From Promethearchaeota archaeon (lineage in GTDB: Archaea; Asgardarchaeota; Lokiarchaeia; Sigyniarchaeales; SOKP01): a DNA stretch of 19,871 nucleotides. This document shows, piece after piece, positions 17,494 through 19,871 of this stretch (position 1 is its first letter; every line of letters starts with the position of its first letter). Both the position numbers and the translations under genes were made by a program. Location of the stretch: the NCBI GenBank assembly GCA_048941285.1, contig JBHLNS010000054.1, positions 1 through 19,871 on the forward strand, read 5' to 3'. The notes below the pieces were generated by a model that saw only the letters and a program-made list of their open reading frames with translations, was not told where the DNA came from and ran no database searches.

Positions 17494-17766
17494 TTGGTTT
17501 TAAAATTGGTAAAAGGAACAGTAAAATGGTTTAATAGCCGTAAAGGCTACGGATTTATAAGTTCTGAAGAAGGAAGCGATGTTTTTGTTCATTACACTGC
17601 CTTATCAGGCAGAGATGATGAATACAAAACATTAAATGAAAACGATAAAGTAGAATTTGAAGTAGTTGATGGTCAAAAAGGACCACAAGCTAGTAATGTT
17701 GTAATAACTGAGAAAGCTCCTCCTAATCCATATAATAGAGGCAGAAGAGGAAATTTCCGCTTTTAA
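17494..17766 (+). CDS. Cold-shock domain protein (CspA family) with a Pro/Arg/Gly-rich C-terminal tail; TTG start (17494 or 17506)
   Basis: [16 protein letters not shown] (RNP1), DVFVHY (RNP2), [13 protein letters not shown] and [10 protein letters not shown], followed by the tail [15 protein letters not shown]. Confidence 0.95.
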   Translation: MVLKLVKGTVKWFNSRKGYGFISSEEGSDVFVHYTALSGRDDEYKTLNENDKVEFEVVDGQKGPQASNVVITEKAPPNPYNRGRRGNFRF

Positions 17767-17860
17767 TGGTTTGAATAATTATAAATCTAAAAATAGTAAA
17801 ATATAAAATAAGAAATAATAATTAGTAAAAATCTGTTTTTGCGATTGTTATCGAATCTTA

Positions 17861-17887
17861 TTCTTTTTTTTTTTCTTTTTATTTTTA
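17861..17887 (+). terminator. Long U-tract terminator downstream of the csp gene
   Basis: TTC-T11-C-T5-A-T6 lies in the convergent csp/aIF-1A intergenic region, preceded by a short CGAT/ATCG inverted repeat (17842-17853). Confidence 0.55.
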
Positions 17888-17946
17888 TCATTGAAATTTA
17901 ATTAGTTAGAAATGAAAAATTTACCCAAATATCATAAAAAATTTAG

Positions 17947-18336
17947 TTAAAGAAGAATATTATTTAAATCCAGATTCTCTGGCACCAAACCCTTCCGTTC
18001 TAACCAAGAAATTTCATGTCTCAAATATCTCCAAGATATTTCACATTTTTCCTTTTGTCCTTGAATTTCTGTTTCGAACTCCCAAGGATTAATCACTACT
18101 AAATCACCCTTTCTTATCCAGACTCTTTTCTTTATTTTTCCTCGAATCCGCCCTAAGCGGTGTTTTCCGTCCTCACAATAGACACCCATCCTTTCTTGAC
18201 CATAAATATCGGTTACACGAGCAAACATTTCCCCATTTTTTCTATATGGCATTTTCACACGTTTTACTTCCGGCTGTGGGTTTGGTCCATAGGTTCTCCT
18301 TCCTTTTTTAACTTGCTTTTTTTTCATTTTTGGCAT
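17947..18336 (-). CDS. eif1a: Translation initiation factor aIF-1A
   Basis: GEMFARV, CEDGKHRLGRIRGKIKKRVWIRKGDLVVINPWEF and WRY...ISWLERKG match the aIF-1A/eIF1A signature. Confidence 0.96.
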   Translation of the reverse strand: MPKMKKKQVKKGRRTYGPNPQPEVKRVKMPYRKNGEMFARVTDIYGQERMGVYCEDGKHRLGRIRGKIKKRVWIRKGDLVVINPWEFETEIQGQKEKCEISWRYLRHEISWLERKGLVPENLDLNNILL

Positions 18337-18363
18337 TGATTATCAACTCTTTTTTGATTTATA

Positions 18364-18593
18364 ATTGTAAATCCCTTTTTCTTAGAACACCAAAATTAGA
18401 ATAATAATAAATTGATTCTATTGGACGAAAACTGGTAATATATATTGTATAGCACTTCGCAGAAAGCGAATTAATATTCAGAAAATAAAATACTATCTAA
18501 TATCCTTATTTACAATCCAATAAGGTAGAATATGATCCCTTATGTAATTTATGTTTTTTAAATACATAAATGATTCAGTAATTCTGAAATCAT
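18364..18593 (-). promoter_or_regulatory. Candidate structured 5' leader of aIF-1A (series of stem-loops)
   Basis: Inverted repeats at 18570-18593, 18547-18571, 18504-18525, 18456-18470 and 18397-18420 within a 387-bp noncoding gap. Confidence 0.35.
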
Positions 18594-18705
18594 ATATTAA
18601 ATAGAAAAATTAGGTTGGATTCAAGTGAAAAATAACATATATCTAGTGCTTTTTATAGTTTTAAAATTAATAGATTCTAAGATTTTTCTCTAATATTTTT
18701 TATAT

Positions 18706-18718
18706 AGAAAAAAAAGAA
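18706..18718 (-). terminator. Putative U-tract terminator after the UbiA-family gene
   Basis: Minus strand TTC-T8-CT a few nt after the stop at 18724. Confidence 0.35.
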
Positions 18719-18723
18719 TATTT

Positions 18724-19644
18724 TTATGAAAAGAAAGGAATTGGAAAAATTGTGCTAAAAATCATCGATAAGATATAAATCAATAGACTAGCGTGATAAC
18801 GGGGCAATAATTTAATAGCTGTGCTCGATGTTTGATTTTTCAAAAGGGTTATATTTGCTGTTATTAATAGGATAAAAGATAGACTAAACCCTATAAATGC
18901 GATCATTCCAAGTTTCAAAAAGAGTAGTAATATGGCGAAACTAATGTGAACAAGAGTAAAATAAGCAATCCATTTTACATTACCTTTTATACCATATAGA
19001 ATTGTGATTGTTTTCAGATTCTTTGCTTTATCGTTATCATAGTCTCCTAGATCATTTAATCCTAAGTGAGCCTGGGCCCAAGGATAAAGAAAAAACATGA
19101 TAAAAACGATTGTCATTGAAAAATTTCCATAGCATAAATAACCGGCTACAGGAAATAATGTTAAATCTGTTCTTCCTACTAATTGAGCAATTGGAAATTG
19201 TTGACGTCCCTTTTTCTTTTGATAAAATATTTCAACAGAATAAGCATAAATCATAATGATATATAGATAGAGATTATTAGGAAAAGGTAAAGTGGCTATT
19301 AAGGCTATAGTGATCCCTATAAAAATTAAAAAAATAATCAACGCTTCTCGAAAAGAGATTATATCATCAGATAAAGGTCTCTCTTTAAATGGTCTCCAAT
19401 ATTTCGTAAATTCATTATCAGTTCCTAATTTATCTATTTTTCTATCTACTATATCATTAAGCACCATTCCTGCTTCAAACCCAAATAAGCCTATAAAAAA
19501 TACAATTATTAATAATGGCAAAGAAAAATAATTGTTTTCTCTAAAGGCTATCAATAATCCTGAAATGAATAATAAAGGCCACACCGGAGCAAAGTGTGCT
19601 CGAGTTAAGTCTAAATAAGCTTTTAGCTTGGTTTTAAATGTCAT
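18724..19644 (-). CDS. UbiA-superfamily membrane prenyltransferase
   Basis: Asp-rich motifs NDIVDRKIDK and NDLGDYDNDK, an RP motif, multiple TM helices, and an AGGTG SD-like site upstream. Confidence 0.9.
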   Translation of the reverse strand: MTFKTKLKAYLDLTRAHFAPVWPLLFISGLLIAFRENNYFSLPLLIIVFFIGLFGFEAGMVLNDIVDRKIDKLGTDNEFTKYWRPFKERPLSDDIISFREALIIFLIFIGITIALIATLPFPNNLYLYIIMIYAYSVEIFYQKKKGRQQFPIAQLVGRTDLTLFPVAGYLCYGNFSMTIVFIMFFLYPWAQAHLGLNDLGDYDNDKAKNLKTITILYGIKGNVKWIAYFTLVHISFAILLLFLKLGMIAFIGFSLSFILLITANITLLKNQTSSTAIKLLPRYHASLLIYILSMIFSTIFPIPFFS

Positions 19645-19694
19645 TTTTTAATACACCTTATAATCTATTAAAATTTATGAAATTTAGCAAAATT

Positions 19695-19871
19695 CTAATT
19701 TTTACCTATATCATTTGAATTGATCTTTTGATCTTGTATATTGTTACTTTTCATTATTTTTCTCCCCAATGCATCAAAAAATCGTCCAGTAATTTTCTTC
19801 AAGGGATTTAAATGGACGTCATAGTAGTAAACTGTTCTCAACCAGTCATTTTCTAGAAAATACTCCACATC
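19695..19871 (-). CDS. 3' end of a gene truncated by the window edge; resembles the C-terminus of flavodoxin / NADPH-dependent FMN reductase family proteins
   Basis: Open frame from the edge: DVEYFLENDWLRTVYYYDVHLNPLKKITGRFFDALGRKIMKSNN...KN* (TAG 19697-19695). The family call rests on the recalled pattern D..Y....W....YYY...LNP.KK..G..FD. Confidence 0.6.
   Translation of the reverse strand, partial: DVEYFLENDWLRTVYYYDVHLNPLKKITGRFFDALGRKIMKSNNIQDQKINSNDIGKN

Noticed and set aside
18585-18593. TGAAATCAT occurs at both 8585-8593 and 18585-18593, so both uORFs start ATGATTTCA
   Set aside because: A 9-bp AT-rich match is expected by chance in 20 kb, and the exact 10,000-bp spacing has no evident meaning.
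19292-19531. 79-aa + strand ORF
   Set aside because: Antisense within the UbiA-family gene.

Overview
AT-rich archaeal DNA, most consistent with an Asgard archaeon (Lokiarchaeia-like). The evidence is an archaeal-type LeuRS, aIF-1A, a roadblock/Rab-like GTPase fusion, a soluble multi-PAS histidine kinase, a UROD/MtaA-family protein and GTGA/GGTG-type Shine-Dalgarno sites. The window also has two class-III aminotransferases, two tandem thiolases (one lacking the nucleophilic Cys), a HEAT-like protein, an M23-like protein, a small membrane protein, a cold-shock protein, a UbiA prenyltransferase and a truncated gene at the right edge. The most striking unannotated signal lies upstream of leuS on the minus strand. 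It is a 28-codon leader ORF ending in a Leu run (MISNKTALRMNIIEKTLLVNLLAVLLLF*), whose stop codon overlaps a 13-bp stem enclosing U-tracts and which has a mutually exclusive alternative helix. This is a candidate leucine-sensing, ribosome-mediated attenuator in an archaeon. Structured leaders also appear upstream of the cold-shock gene and aIF-1A. All calls come from reading motifs by eye; no searches or folding programs were run.
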